A DNA stretch of 64,000 nucleotides from an uncultured bacterium (GTDB lineage Bacteria > Zixibacteria > MSB-5A5 > JAABVY01 > JAHJOQ01). A model generated the notes under the pieces. That model saw only the letters and a list, made by a program, of their open reading frames with translations, was not told the DNA's origin and did not search any database. The translations under genes and the position numbers were made by a program. The stretch covers positions 25,717-89,716 of the forward strand of contig CBDUQR010000004.1 in the NCBI GenBank assembly GCA_965369655.1, in the 5' to 3' direction. Positions 52,401 through 61,217 of this stretch are shown one piece after another (the first letter of the stretch is position 1; each line of letters starts with the position of its first letter).

Positions 52401-52744
52401 AATCTCTCGGAAGTTCTCTGTATTCCGGGATGATATGTCAATCTGGTCGGATCGCCACCATCCACAGGCATGGTGTAGACCGACATGTCGCCGTCGTACT
52501 GGCCTGTGAAGGCGATCATGTTTCCGTCCGGTGAGAACTTGGGAAACAGTTCGAGACCGATGTGGCTCGTAAGCCTTGCAGCTTCGCCGCCCGCTCGTGG
52601 CGCAACGTATATGTCGCCCGCATACACAAACGCCACTTTGTCTGTGTGAACGTCCGGGAATCGAAGCAACCTCGCTTCTTCGGCGAAAGACGAACAGTGC
52701 AATGCGAGCAGGATTACTGTCAGCAGAAATGGTGTTCTGTACAT
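49478..52744 (-). CDS. Tricorn protease (S41)
   Basis: LLRFPD, TWKRYKGG, PDZ, IDVRYNGGG, SCSDGD, RSWGGVIG. Confidence 0.95.
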   Translation of the reverse strand: MYRTPFLLTVILLALHCSSFAEEARLLRFPDVHTDKVAFVYAGDIYVAPRAGGEAARLTSHIGLELFPKFSPDGNMIAFTGQYDGDMSVYTMPVDGGDPTRLTYHPGIQRTSERFGPENIVLGWHPDGKRVLFRSRKDPADWWDGRAYLVNLSGGLPEPLPMKVAGFTSFSPDAKMVAYSPIFRDFRTWKRYKGGMAQDVWTFDLENMTAEKITDWVGSDNMPMWYDDKIYFNSDRTGTLNLFCYDLRTGDTRQVTEFTDFDVRWPSLGPDGIAFENAGYVYVFDLPSEKLNKIEISLRTDGHSMRPEYVDVSDKIRGFHLSPDGNRAVFSARGEIFTVPKKDGNTRNLTNSSDAHDRLPEWSPDGKWICYTSDATGEEELYLVSHDDKKRIRLTTDGHCRRYETRWSPDSKKIAFSDKNLVLYVIDVDEKKTYQIDKADRNEIRRYSWSPDSRFLAYAKRDEARISSIFVYSFDDDKVHRVTEGFTNDFDPVFDPNGDYLYFLSERDFNPILGTYEFEFVNKAITNLFLILLRSDQESPFGPESDEVDTTQIVGKKKSDEDEKEKKEPVDVVIDFDGIFDRQVAFDLSPGNYGGLRAVSGTVYYSSRPIYGLRGKILDDKNVLHKYDIKEKKDHEFAEGISGYRYTCDGKKMILRKGSEFFITGTEGDKVDLEDKKLNLSHMEMYLDRSAEYGQMFDEVWRMQRDFFYDAEMHGVDWAATGEKYRKLLPYIVHRFDLTYLLGEMIGELSCSHTYVGGGDAPKVPGSKIGLLGADFKIDKENNRIRIARILRGENWDDYVRSPLLDPGVDVKEGDYLLAIDGKEITADVNPYSLTLNTVGKTVVLTVNDKPDFEGAREATVKPIAAEAPLRYFDAVERNREYVDSVSSGRIGYIHIPDMDSYGLVRFAKMFYHQIRKPGLIIDVRYNGGGFVSSLILERLRRVVMAMGMGRNTAPGPMPGSGLNAYMITLLNEFSCSDGDYFPYFFREYGLGPLMGKRSWGGVIGIRGFTPLTDGGYFTVPEWGIYSIKGEWIMENVGVVPDIEVNNSPERLALGYDDQLDAAIENIMKKINADPKTLPPLPSPPKAR

Positions 52745-52889
52745 GGTACCTCCGATATTGACTCTGAAATGTCATTGATGGAGATCCTGCCGGACGAGAC
52801 AATAGTCCGCGCAGGCCACCGAATGGAGTAATCTATCATCTCTCGCACAAACAGGCAAGCGACAAAGAGAGGGGCGAGTCGATACTGTC

Positions 52890-53177
52890 GTCATCACGAG
52901 GAGCGACAGGGACGTGGTGATCTCAGAAAAGTAGGTCGTGTTCCGAACATGATGTAATCAGGTGCGAAACGCGACACTTCTATCTTGTGGGCGGCAGACC
53001 TCAGGGTCTGCCCCATCTTGGAACTATTCCGTGCTCGTCGGGGCTGTGCCTCGACGCAATACGCAGGAGCATAGCTCCTGCGTGCACACTGAGAGCGGTA
53101 AGGCGCCTGCCTGTCCTGAGCTTCGCAAAGGGGCCGATTTGTCATCACGAGGAGCGATAGCGACGTGGTGATCTCAG
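52890..53177. repeat. REP mosaic bounded by 37-bp direct repeats
   Basis: GTCATCACGAGGAGCGA.AG.GACGTGGTGATCTCAG at 52890-52926 and 53141-53177, enclosing a partial reversed copy of the 192-bp element. Confidence 0.85.
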
Positions 53178-53237
53178 TTCATGTAACGTCATACTCACAC
53201 GACGCTACGCTTTGGGTGGACTACCGGCTTTCCTTTC

Positions 53238-53681
53238 TCAGAAGAACTTTGAGGACTGCAACACCAAATTGGTTCCGACAATCCACCCGGTTACATTACC
53301 TGCGAGATGTGCCCGCTCGATCCATTGGTCATGCCCTTGGTCGTACGATTCCGGTTCACCGTTTTGCTCAAGACTCCGCTTCACATTGCTTCTTCCTGCT
53401 TTCACACGGTTAATCCGCATCAGGTTATTCTGGACCATTAGATATCCCGGGATGAGGAACATCAACCACGATGGCGACTGGCCGATCTTGTGGATCAGCC
53501 ATGTTGCAAGAAGTACAGCAGCGCCGATCTTGACGACATCGAGCAGACAAATGACGAAAGGCGAGAGCCATTTGGCTTTCTTGAGTGCGACCGCTATGGA
53601 TAATGTAATTGGGAAGAAAGGTAGCTCGATGCCTGCGAAGACGAAGAACGTGATCACATAGGCTCCGATTTTGCCGAGCAT
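53238..53681 (-). CDS. Small membrane protein (gene cassette 2)
   Basis: RBS GAAAGGA right after the attC R' box; hydrophobic helices. Confidence 0.7.
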   Translation of the reverse strand: MLGKIGAYVITFFVFAGIELPFFPITLSIAVALKKAKWLSPFVICLLDVVKIGAAVLLATWLIHKIGQSPSWLMFLIPGYLMVQNNLMRINRVKAGRSNVKRSLEQNGEPESYDQGHDQWIERAHLAGNVTGWIVGTNLVLQSSKFF

Positions 53682-53698
53682 GGTTTTCCTTTCTTCAA

Positions 53699-53759
53699 TG
53701 TGAACGCTCCGGTTCAGCGGTGGCGCGACAGCGCCGTCCGATGCAACCGGTTCTTAGCC
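53699..53759 (-). mobile_element. Integron attC site
   Basis: Minus strand GGCTAAG-AACCGGTTGCATCGG-AC-GGCGC.GCGCC-ACCGCTGAACCGG-AGC-GTTCACA: R''/L''/L'/R' layout with an extra-helical base, between two co-oriented ORFs. Confidence 0.8.
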
Positions 53760-53766
53760 GTCCGGA

Positions 53767-54321
53767 CTAACGGAACAGCGCCGCCCACGGTTTAAGATAC
53801 TCCCAAAATTCAATTGGCGATAGCACTCGAATCCCGAGTGTTCTTTCTATGTGATTAGCATTCTTGGGCAGCTTATTCTCCATGGTCAGAAATGTGTCAC
53901 AATCTAGCCTTATGGCATCGCTAAGCAGTGCTCGGTCGCCTTCTCCGAGATAACCGTAAGAATTCGAGTTGATAGCTACAAGCGCTGCTGGGTTTCCGCA
54001 TGGCTCGCCGGACTCTTCGAGACAAGCCAACCAGTGGTCGAGAACATCATAGGCCCACTGGACGTAACGACAATCTCCCTTGCCGTTGACTTCAACGAAG
54101 CTATTAGCCGAGAGAGCAAACTCGAAAGGCGCACGCTCGGCTACTTGCATGATCAAGCGCAGTGCCTCCAACTTTGCGGCGCCCTTAGGATCATGTTGGA
54201 TGCGATCAGTCACGGCCAGTGCTTCATTCTCGTACAGGAACCCTCCATAATCCTGGAGGGTCTGCAGTGCTGACGAATCCAGGAAGGACCTATGCGGGAT
54301 CTCTTCGAACTTTGAGTTCAT
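53767..54321 (-). CDS. PIN-domain-like protein (gene cassette 1)
   Basis: FLDSS..E..GDRALLSDA..CDTFLTME acidic pattern; ATG follows the GTTAGCC core site. Confidence 0.6.
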   Translation of the reverse strand: MNSKFEEIPHRSFLDSSALQTLQDYGGFLYENEALAVTDRIQHDPKGAAKLEALRLIMQVAERAPFEFALSANSFVEVNGKGDCRYVQWAYDVLDHWLACLEESGEPCGNPAALVAINSNSYGYLGEGDRALLSDAIRLDCDTFLTMENKLPKNANHIERTLGIRVLSPIEFWEYLKPWAALFR

Positions 54322-54565
54322 GTTAATCCGGCTAACAACAATTAGTCGAGTAGGTCGAAACACTCGCGGTTTCGACATCTCCGGTTTCCTTGTCCCTTAC
54401 ATATCGTTGTCGATTCAATGATGCTGATCTAAACGAATTTAATCAATCATTCTGGATCGATCAAGCGGATTATTGGTGTGTTTCTTGTTCTGTTAGGTCA
54501 CTCTGTTAAGGCGGCTGAACCACTCCGTTTCACTCCGGGTTCATCCCTACTCGGCTGCCAATATC

Positions 54566-56197
54566 TCAGCAGTCTGGCACTTCATCCCCATTCGGGTCAC
54601 ATGGTGCGGGGCCGTTCGCAAATATATAGTAGATCAGGTAGACTGCATCATCTAAGTCAACATCCCCTGAGCAGTCAACGTCAGCTGATCCCATGGAATC
54701 TAGTGCTGGACCGCCAGCGAACATATATTGAATTAGACATACGACATCGTCAATATCGACTTGACCACTACCATCAGCATCACCGCAGAGAGTTGTCAAA
54801 GGCGTCAATCGAATTGAATAAAGGTCTCCACCCCTGCCTGACTGATTTGTATGAACATGCTTCCCGCAGGCAGTAACGTATTGAACGCTATCTGACGCAG
54901 TGGTGATATCCACACAGTGCATGGAGCCAGGTGTGTCCACGGTCAGTATTGGCGTTGGGCTTGAGTGCTCGAAGATATGAATCTCCGGATTGGTGTTTAT
55001 CTGATCACCCCAGGAGGCTACAGCGATATACTCTCCATTTACTGTGACTGCCAAGTCAGCGATGATGTCCTGATAAGAACCGGAACCTGTCTCGTAATCA
55101 TAAGCCCAGATGGGTGTCGATGAGGGCATCTCGATAAGTTCGATCTTATTCTTAAGGTAATCATCGGAGTTCCATCCAGCTACAAGTGTGCTGCCGTCCG
55201 CAGAGAACTCACAATGGTTGATCTTGTGACCGCTACTGCAGCGAGTCCATAATGGCTCGTAAAAGGAGCCATTCCATTCCAGCATATATAAGCAGGACCG
55301 TCCATAGGCAAGATAGTTACCATCTCCGGAGATGCTTAACGTCCAGCCCATACCGCCGATATTCGTAGTCCAACGGATTGAAGCTGCCTCACAGTCAACA
55401 ACATAGATTTCAGTTCCTTCCCTGAATGCGATGAAGTCACCATGCTCGGTGATCAGCAGGTTCTGAGGAAGGGTCGCATCAGTAATATCAATGATCTGTG
55501 GGTCAGGTGAGTCAGCATTCCAATAGTAGAGACGCGAAATCTTTGGAGCATCCTGATTCAGACGGACACAAACAGCAATCCTCGATCCGTCGTCGGCCAC
55601 TGCTATATTCTGGCAACCCAGAGCGTAGGTATTGTTGAAACGGCACGAATCGAGTTCGCAGGACCAGTCAGGTGTACCATCCGAGCCTGCACTCCATTTG
55701 TAGAGCACAGCATTGCCGTCATCATCAATACGAACACCAGCGATCACATCTCCATATCGGGAAGCTGCGACCTGCCACTTTTCTTCCTCCTCGACAATCC
55801 AGTTGGGGATTCCAGCGCTCTCAATCGGGATGTTCTCCGCCTGGTAGGGTGGATTGAGCATGGTACCAGCGGTTATGCTAACGTCACCCATGCAGATAGC
55901 CGTGCTTGTGTACAGGGCCATTGCATGATAGCGGTGCCAGATAACACCTGAATCGTCGGTTCCGGTGGTGGTTTCCTCTCTACAATCATCAGCCAGCTGC
56001 AAATCGTTCGCTACCGTACGTTCGCAAACGACGCGATTCCCATCGGGAGTCTGCTGAATATAAGTACGCAATGCATTTGATCTGGTATTGGCATCGGGAG
56101 ATTCCGCTCTGGCTCCAAGAAAGGGTACTGAAGTGAGAACGGTCATCATTATCAGAGATAAGATGATTCCAATGGATATAATCACTGTCCTTGACAT
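54566..56197 (-). CDS. Secreted beta-propeller plus dockerin-like protein
   Basis: SISGDGNY, FSADGST and AVTVNGEY blades; dockerin repeat. Confidence 0.82.
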   Translation of the reverse strand: MSRTVIISIGIILSLIMMTVLTSVPFLGARAESPDANTRSNALRTYIQQTPDGNRVVCERTVANDLQLADDCREETTTGTDDSGVIWHRYHAMALYTSTAICMGDVSITAGTMLNPPYQAENIPIESAGIPNWIVEEEEKWQVAASRYGDVIAGVRIDDDGNAVLYKWSAGSDGTPDWSCELDSCRFNNTYALGCQNIAVADDGSRIAVCVRLNQDAPKISRLYYWNADSPDPQIIDITDATLPQNLLITEHGDFIAFREGTEIYVVDCEAASIRWTTNIGGMGWTLSISGDGNYLAYGRSCLYMLEWNGSFYEPLWTRCSSGHKINHCEFSADGSTLVAGWNSDDYLKNKIELIEMPSSTPIWAYDYETGSGSYQDIIADLAVTVNGEYIAVASWGDQINTNPEIHIFEHSSPTPILTVDTPGSMHCVDITTASDSVQYVTACGKHVHTNQSGRGGDLYSIRLTPLTTLCGDADGSGQVDIDDVVCLIQYMFAGGPALDSMGSADVDCSGDVDLDDAVYLIYYIFANGPAPCDPNGDEVPDC

Positions 56198-56305
56198 GAA
56201 TACCTCCTCTTGGCTTGGTCAGCCGAGCCGAGTAGATCGAAGTCCAATGTGTACTGTCTTGACGGCTGAACCACTCCGTTTCACTTCGGGTTTATCCCTA
56301 CACAA

Positions 56306-59300
56306 TCAACATCCCGCGCAGGGGGCGGGGCCACCGCCGAAGATGTAGTTGATTAGGTATACCACATCATCAATGTCAATGTTGTCGGAACAGTCGACGT
56401 CGCCTATTTCTACGGATGCCGGAGGTGGTCCACCGCCGAAGATATAGTTGATGAGAAACACAACATCATCGATATCAACTGTAAAGTCGCTGTTAGCGTC
56501 GCCGCATTCGAGCATCAGAATCGTGACAGTGAAACTGGTCTGGCACTGCGTATCGCAATCATCGCCACACTGGATCGTAACATAGAGAGTCTCAGGTCCG
56601 GTCGGCGTGTAGTACCAGTGACCATCCAGCACATAACCGCGACCCTGCGATTCCGTGCATCCGGAAAGATTGCCGTTCTCATCGGTGGCGGGGCATGCGA
56701 TCTTGATCTCCTCCGGAGTCTCCATCGCGATAGTGGTGTCGTTGATCTCTGCACAGACTGGCGGGACATTCATCTCGAATCTGACGCTGAAATCGACGTC
56801 GGCATATTCACCGCACTCGTCTGTGCACCTGATAGTCAGATCGACTGTGTCTTCTCCCGACGGCGTGAAGTGCCAGAAGCCATCGTATGCACTGCCCGGA
56901 CCCTGGAGCACATCCCATCCGACGATATTTCCATTCGGGTCTTCCGCAGGTATTTGCACCGCCTGCTCGGACATGTCGCACATGACGACAGTTGTGTCGC
57001 TCGTGCCGTTAGATGTTGGCGGGTCGTTGGTGTCGAATGTAATGTCGAACTGGTTGTCGCAGTATACGCCGCATGTGTCGGTGCATCTGATTGTGATGTA
57101 AACAGTCTCCCCACCGGTCGGGCTGTACACCCAGTTGCCGTCGATGAGTTCACCGGGACCGATTATCTTTTCGCATTGCGGAGCAGCACCGTCCGGATCG
57201 TAAACCAGCATCGGGAGGCTGACCGGCTCCGGGCTGCATTGGACAATCACCGAATCATTCGGAAGTTCGCAGACCGGCGAATAGTTCACGTGTGTTATCA
57301 CTGTGAAGCTCTCCTCGCAATACTCGCCGCACACATCGGTGCATCGCACGAGAATATCGAGCGTGTCATGCCCCTCGTTTGGCAGGTACGACCAGTTGCC
57401 GTGGAGGATATAACCCGGACCTGAGAGAACCTCGATTATTTCGATATTCCCGTCCTGATCCGTTATGCCGAGCGGAACGACAATCTCTGCCGGTGCGCAT
57501 TGGACGAATGTAGCGTCGTCGGGCGGATCGCATACCGGAGTGTCGTTCGGGTTGAAGTGGACCTCGAAAGTGGTCTCGCACGTCAGGCCGCCAGAGTCCT
57601 CGCATCCAATGGTGACACTGACGAATTCGTCACCCGATGGTGTGTAGCACCAGTATCCGTCCGACAGAATACCGGGACCTGCTATGAGCGTCGGGCCGGT
57701 CTCGAGGTTACCGTTGGGATCATAGCAACCGATCGGTATGCAGACTTCTTCGAGTTGACAGAGGTTGATGAGCGTATCCCCCGGCGCCTGACAGAGAGGC
57801 GGGAGATTCTGCGTCGTGGCTTCGGCTGATCCGACGTACGGCACGATGTTGTGTTTGGTTACAGTGACATGCATCTCGCCAACCGATGCCGGATCAGGCG
57901 TCATTGTCACGTTTCCGTACTGGTCGGTAGTCGCAATCTCGTACAGCTCGCCCTCTTTCCAGAGGCACACCAGAGCATCATCGATATCATTACCGTAATC
58001 GTCTTCGACATGGATATCAAACAGCGACGATCCGACCGGCAGCAGAGATGGGTGACTGACCTGCAGATTCTTCGGGTTGTCAGTCCAGACTGTCATCGTC
58101 GGGTCGCCGAGGAGGTTGAGCGTCCACTGGCAATACTGCCATATTCCGGAGTGCGGCAGGCTGTTCTTTGAATACGCAAGCATCTCCCCGAGCGTATACT
58201 TGCCTTCGACAAACATCGCCCGCCACCAGTATTCATCAAGCAGTGATGACAGCGACAACGGATCGCCGACGTAGAACCAGCCGCTGCGCGTGTTGCCGGT
58301 GAATGCAACGCCTGCCTGAAGATCGTTGTAGATTACGAAATGCTCGGCTATGCAGTCGCTATAGTCCATCTCATTCGCATGACACCCGATCGAGAATACG
58401 ACGCTCATCTGTCCGGTGTTGGTCAGGTTGTCAACTTCCGAACTGTGCATGCACCAGCCGTGATTTCTGTCGCCCAAGCACATGACACTGTAATTCGAGT
58501 GATCACAATGATTGACAAGGTTCTGACCGTTGTTAAGAGCATCAATGAATACGCTCTTGTGATTGCCCGTATGGCTGTCGTAGACCTTCGTCACATTGAA
58601 CCGCGATGGAATGTACTCGGTGTCGATGTGCTCCTTGAGTTCTTCGCCTGCCGTAAGAGTGTAGTACGGCGGATCCATCGCGGTCGTGAGGTCCATGCCA
58701 GCAATCGTCGCATCAAGTGCGTAACCCGACAGATCGGGATCCAGTTCATACTTCAGGACTTTGTCGATGAACCTGCTTATCTGGGTAGAGTTGTCAGCCG
58801 TGACGCGTCCGACGAATACCTCGAGTTGCCAGTCGTCATCGTAGTCGGCGTAGTAGTGATCGCTCGGGATTAGGTCCCCCTCGAAGTAACTGGACTTGAA
58901 GGGAACGTTGCCATGCTCGCCCCCGATCATGAAGTAGACTGTCCCCCAGTTGTCATGAGCGTCGATCACAAAGTTGCGAATTTTCTCCTGGTTATTGGAG
59001 CCGGTGTAGTTGCCATAAATGAACGATGTTGTGATGATCGTGTCTCTGACGCCCTTTTTGTTATGCCACTCCACTAACGGCTCCCAGTATGATGCGATCG
59101 ATGATGATGTGATGAGCACATGATCGAACGGACCGCCCGGCGGCAGCGATGTCGAGGATTTGTATCCGGATGTGCGAGCGACGGCGTCGTTCGGATTTAC
59201 CACGAGCCTTCTTACGATATCCTCGTATTTCGACCGGCTTGATTTCGATATGTTTTGCGGCATGTAGTCGCCGCAGACATATCCGCCAGTCCCATGAAGA

Positions 59301-59863
59301 GTGATGTTAATTGATTCATGCAGTGTCAATTCATGTGCAGCCGGTGAGTATTGAATGGGGAATACTCGAACAACTGCGTAGGATTGCCCTGCGAGATCGG
59401 ATTGTCCGACAAGCTCCGCCAACGCCGATGGATAGGGCGCATCCGATGCGTAGATCGCCTGATCCGGCTGTATGAACTCCACGTCGTCGAGAGATTGACC
59501 GATCCTGAGAGGCGGCTGCGCAGGAAGTATGCTGAATGATCCGGAGAGCTGTGTCTCGAATATCGACTCGAATTCCAGTGACTGGACTGCGAAACCAGCC
59601 GGAAGTGCAATCCTGATAGTTCTCGACGGCAGAAACGGTTTGCCTGTTTCGGACAGGTAATCGCCATCTTTGAGCTTCACGACATCGTAGTCAGCTACCT
59701 TCGAGAAGGACAAGTCAGACTGCGAGAAGTCAATTGTGTAGCTCACCTGTTGAGCCAGAACCGAACCAGTGAAAATCAGAGCCACTGCGATGAGCATCAC
59801 AGTCAGCAGGAAAGTGCGCGATTGCACTATGTCTGGATGCCTGAAATAACCCTTGAGTTGCAT
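56306..59863 (-). CDS. Secreted C25 peptidase with five Cys-containing cadherin-like repeats and dockerin
   Basis: GKPFLP propeptide, SDHYY, FVGRV, HCDHS, SIGC, NLLGDP; N.PP.C repeats. Confidence 0.9.
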   Translation of the reverse strand: MQLKGYFRHPDIVQSRTFLLTVMLIAVALIFTGSVLAQQVSYTIDFSQSDLSFSKVADYDVVKLKDGDYLSETGKPFLPSRTIRIALPAGFAVQSLEFESIFETQLSGSFSILPAQPPLRIGQSLDDVEFIQPDQAIYASDAPYPSALAELVGQSDLAGQSYAVVRVFPIQYSPAAHELTLHESINITLHGTGGYVCGDYMPQNISKSSRSKYEDIVRRLVVNPNDAVARTSGYKSSTSLPPGGPFDHVLITSSSIASYWEPLVEWHNKKGVRDTIITTSFIYGNYTGSNNQEKIRNFVIDAHDNWGTVYFMIGGEHGNVPFKSSYFEGDLIPSDHYYADYDDDWQLEVFVGRVTADNSTQISRFIDKVLKYELDPDLSGYALDATIAGMDLTTAMDPPYYTLTAGEELKEHIDTEYIPSRFNVTKVYDSHTGNHKSVFIDALNNGQNLVNHCDHSNYSVMCLGDRNHGWCMHSSEVDNLTNTGQMSVVFSIGCHANEMDYSDCIAEHFVIYNDLQAGVAFTGNTRSGWFYVGDPLSLSSLLDEYWWRAMFVEGKYTLGEMLAYSKNSLPHSGIWQYCQWTLNLLGDPTMTVWTDNPKNLQVSHPSLLPVGSSLFDIHVEDDYGNDIDDALVCLWKEGELYEIATTDQYGNVTMTPDPASVGEMHVTVTKHNIVPYVGSAEATTQNLPPLCQAPGDTLINLCQLEEVCIPIGCYDPNGNLETGPTLIAGPGILSDGYWCYTPSGDEFVSVTIGCEDSGGLTCETTFEVHFNPNDTPVCDPPDDATFVQCAPAEIVVPLGITDQDGNIEIIEVLSGPGYILHGNWSYLPNEGHDTLDILVRCTDVCGEYCEESFTVITHVNYSPVCELPNDSVIVQCSPEPVSLPMLVYDPDGAAPQCEKIIGPGELIDGNWVYSPTGGETVYITIRCTDTCGVYCDNQFDITFDTNDPPTSNGTSDTTVVMCDMSEQAVQIPAEDPNGNIVGWDVLQGPGSAYDGFWHFTPSGEDTVDLTIRCTDECGEYADVDFSVRFEMNVPPVCAEINDTTIAMETPEEIKIACPATDENGNLSGCTESQGRGYVLDGHWYYTPTGPETLYVTIQCGDDCDTQCQTSFTVTILMLECGDANSDFTVDIDDVVFLINYIFGGGPPPASVEIGDVDCSDNIDIDDVVYLINYIFGGGPAPCAGC

Positions 59864-60119
59864 TATCTTCCACCTATTCTTTCGAGAAACATATATTCAA
59901 ATTCACTCACGCGGACAGTGATTCTCTATGTGTGACATAACTTTACAGCGAATCCTCAATCATCTATCGATATTGTCCGCATTAACGGCGAGTATTATCC
60001 ATCTTCTCATTAAGTATAAGCAATAAAACAACTTTGTCAATGGATGAATTGGGGTGGCATAAATGTGGAGCATCAGGAGGGGGGCGTGTGTAGAATTTGT
60101 CAACCGTCCAAGACCAATA

Positions 60120-60854
60120 TTAGATGAACAATTTTCGCTTGACTGCTTTTCGATAATCTATGTACGAGTCTGAGACGTCATCAGACAAGCTTGTGAGTTT
60201 CTCAGTCACTTCATCGTATTGGTCTATTGAGTCCCAATCACCACCTCGTTCGTCATTCCAGTCAGGATGCATACAATACCGGACGTTCTCGGATGGTTGA
60301 TCCTTAGGGTACCTCCAGAAATGGAGTGCTATCCAGCCTAACAGTACAATGAGATTCTTGGAAAGATTGCTGGCTAACCTCCTCAACTCTTCGTCTATGA
60401 ATTCACTCTCTGGCATCTTATGGAATCTCGCGTATTCTTGAAGTTGAGTCCCAGGTCTACTTTCATAGGAGTGATCACTTAAAATGGTTTCGAAGAATGC
60501 TATAAGGCTCTTCTCAGGCAGTATTTCCTGTGACTTTTTGAAGATTTCTGTATCATGTTTATTCGCGTCCTTTTCTTTGCTTTCCCTAGTCTTGTACTCG
60601 ACGTATTGAAGAAATCCATTATTTGTCAAATGGTAGATTAGACCGAGAGACACTAGGGCAAATCCCCAAGCAGCGTTTCCTCCTGGAGCCAGATTCAGTT
60701 CGAACTCCTTTTTCAGTAAAGCAAATATTATTCTCTCCCAATATGTCGTAGTCATCAACCCAATACCAGCGATAACCACAGCCCAAGTGATCTTATTATA
60801 GAACTCTGGCTTCAAGAGCCTTATCAATCTGATGACAAATTCTTTCGTTGACAC
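60120..60854 (-). CDS. Hypothetical protein, 2 TM plus soluble helical domain
   Basis: 244-aa AT-rich ORF. Confidence 0.7.
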   Translation of the reverse strand: MSTKEFVIRLIRLLKPEFYNKITWAVVIAGIGLMTTTYWERIIFALLKKEFELNLAPGGNAAWGFALVSLGLIYHLTNNGFLQYVEYKTRESKEKDANKHDTEIFKKSQEILPEKSLIAFFETILSDHSYESRPGTQLQEYARFHKMPESEFIDEELRRLASNLSKNLIVLLGWIALHFWRYPKDQPSENVRYCMHPDWNDERGGDWDSIDQYDEVTEKLTSLSDDVSDSYIDYRKAVKRKLFI

Positions 60855-61075
60855 TCTGCTTCCCTTTCTCAGCTACCTTTTGTAAGACACGGATTCCAAA
60901 CTCTACCTCTTGTGTTTCCATCCAGACGACGTGAATGCCAGAACTCTCTAATGATTACATAGTATACGCTGAGCAACCTTACCGAGCAACTTCCATCTCA
61001 GCTAAAATCTCAGGATTGGGATTATTGATCCTTCGGACTTATCCGGTTGGTTATAGGTCTTCATCCAAAAAGGGG

Positions 61076-61104
61076 TTGACAAATGGCAGGCATCCATATA
61101 AATT
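61076..61104 (+). promoter_or_regulatory. sigma70-like promoter
   Basis: TTGACA-N17-TAAATT. Confidence 0.55.
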
Positions 61105-61217
61105 TTCGCCTTTATATTGCGCCTTTTGACGTCTGGCATGGTTCTGCGTCAAGAGGTTAGCAGAAAAGTGTCGAACGGAGGAAGATAGTTTCAATAACAT
61201 TATTAACGGAGAAGAGA

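Noticed and set aside
52890-53177. CRISPR array from the 37-bp direct repeats
   Set aside because: Only two copies 251 bp apart, the interval is made of other repeats, and no cas genes are present.
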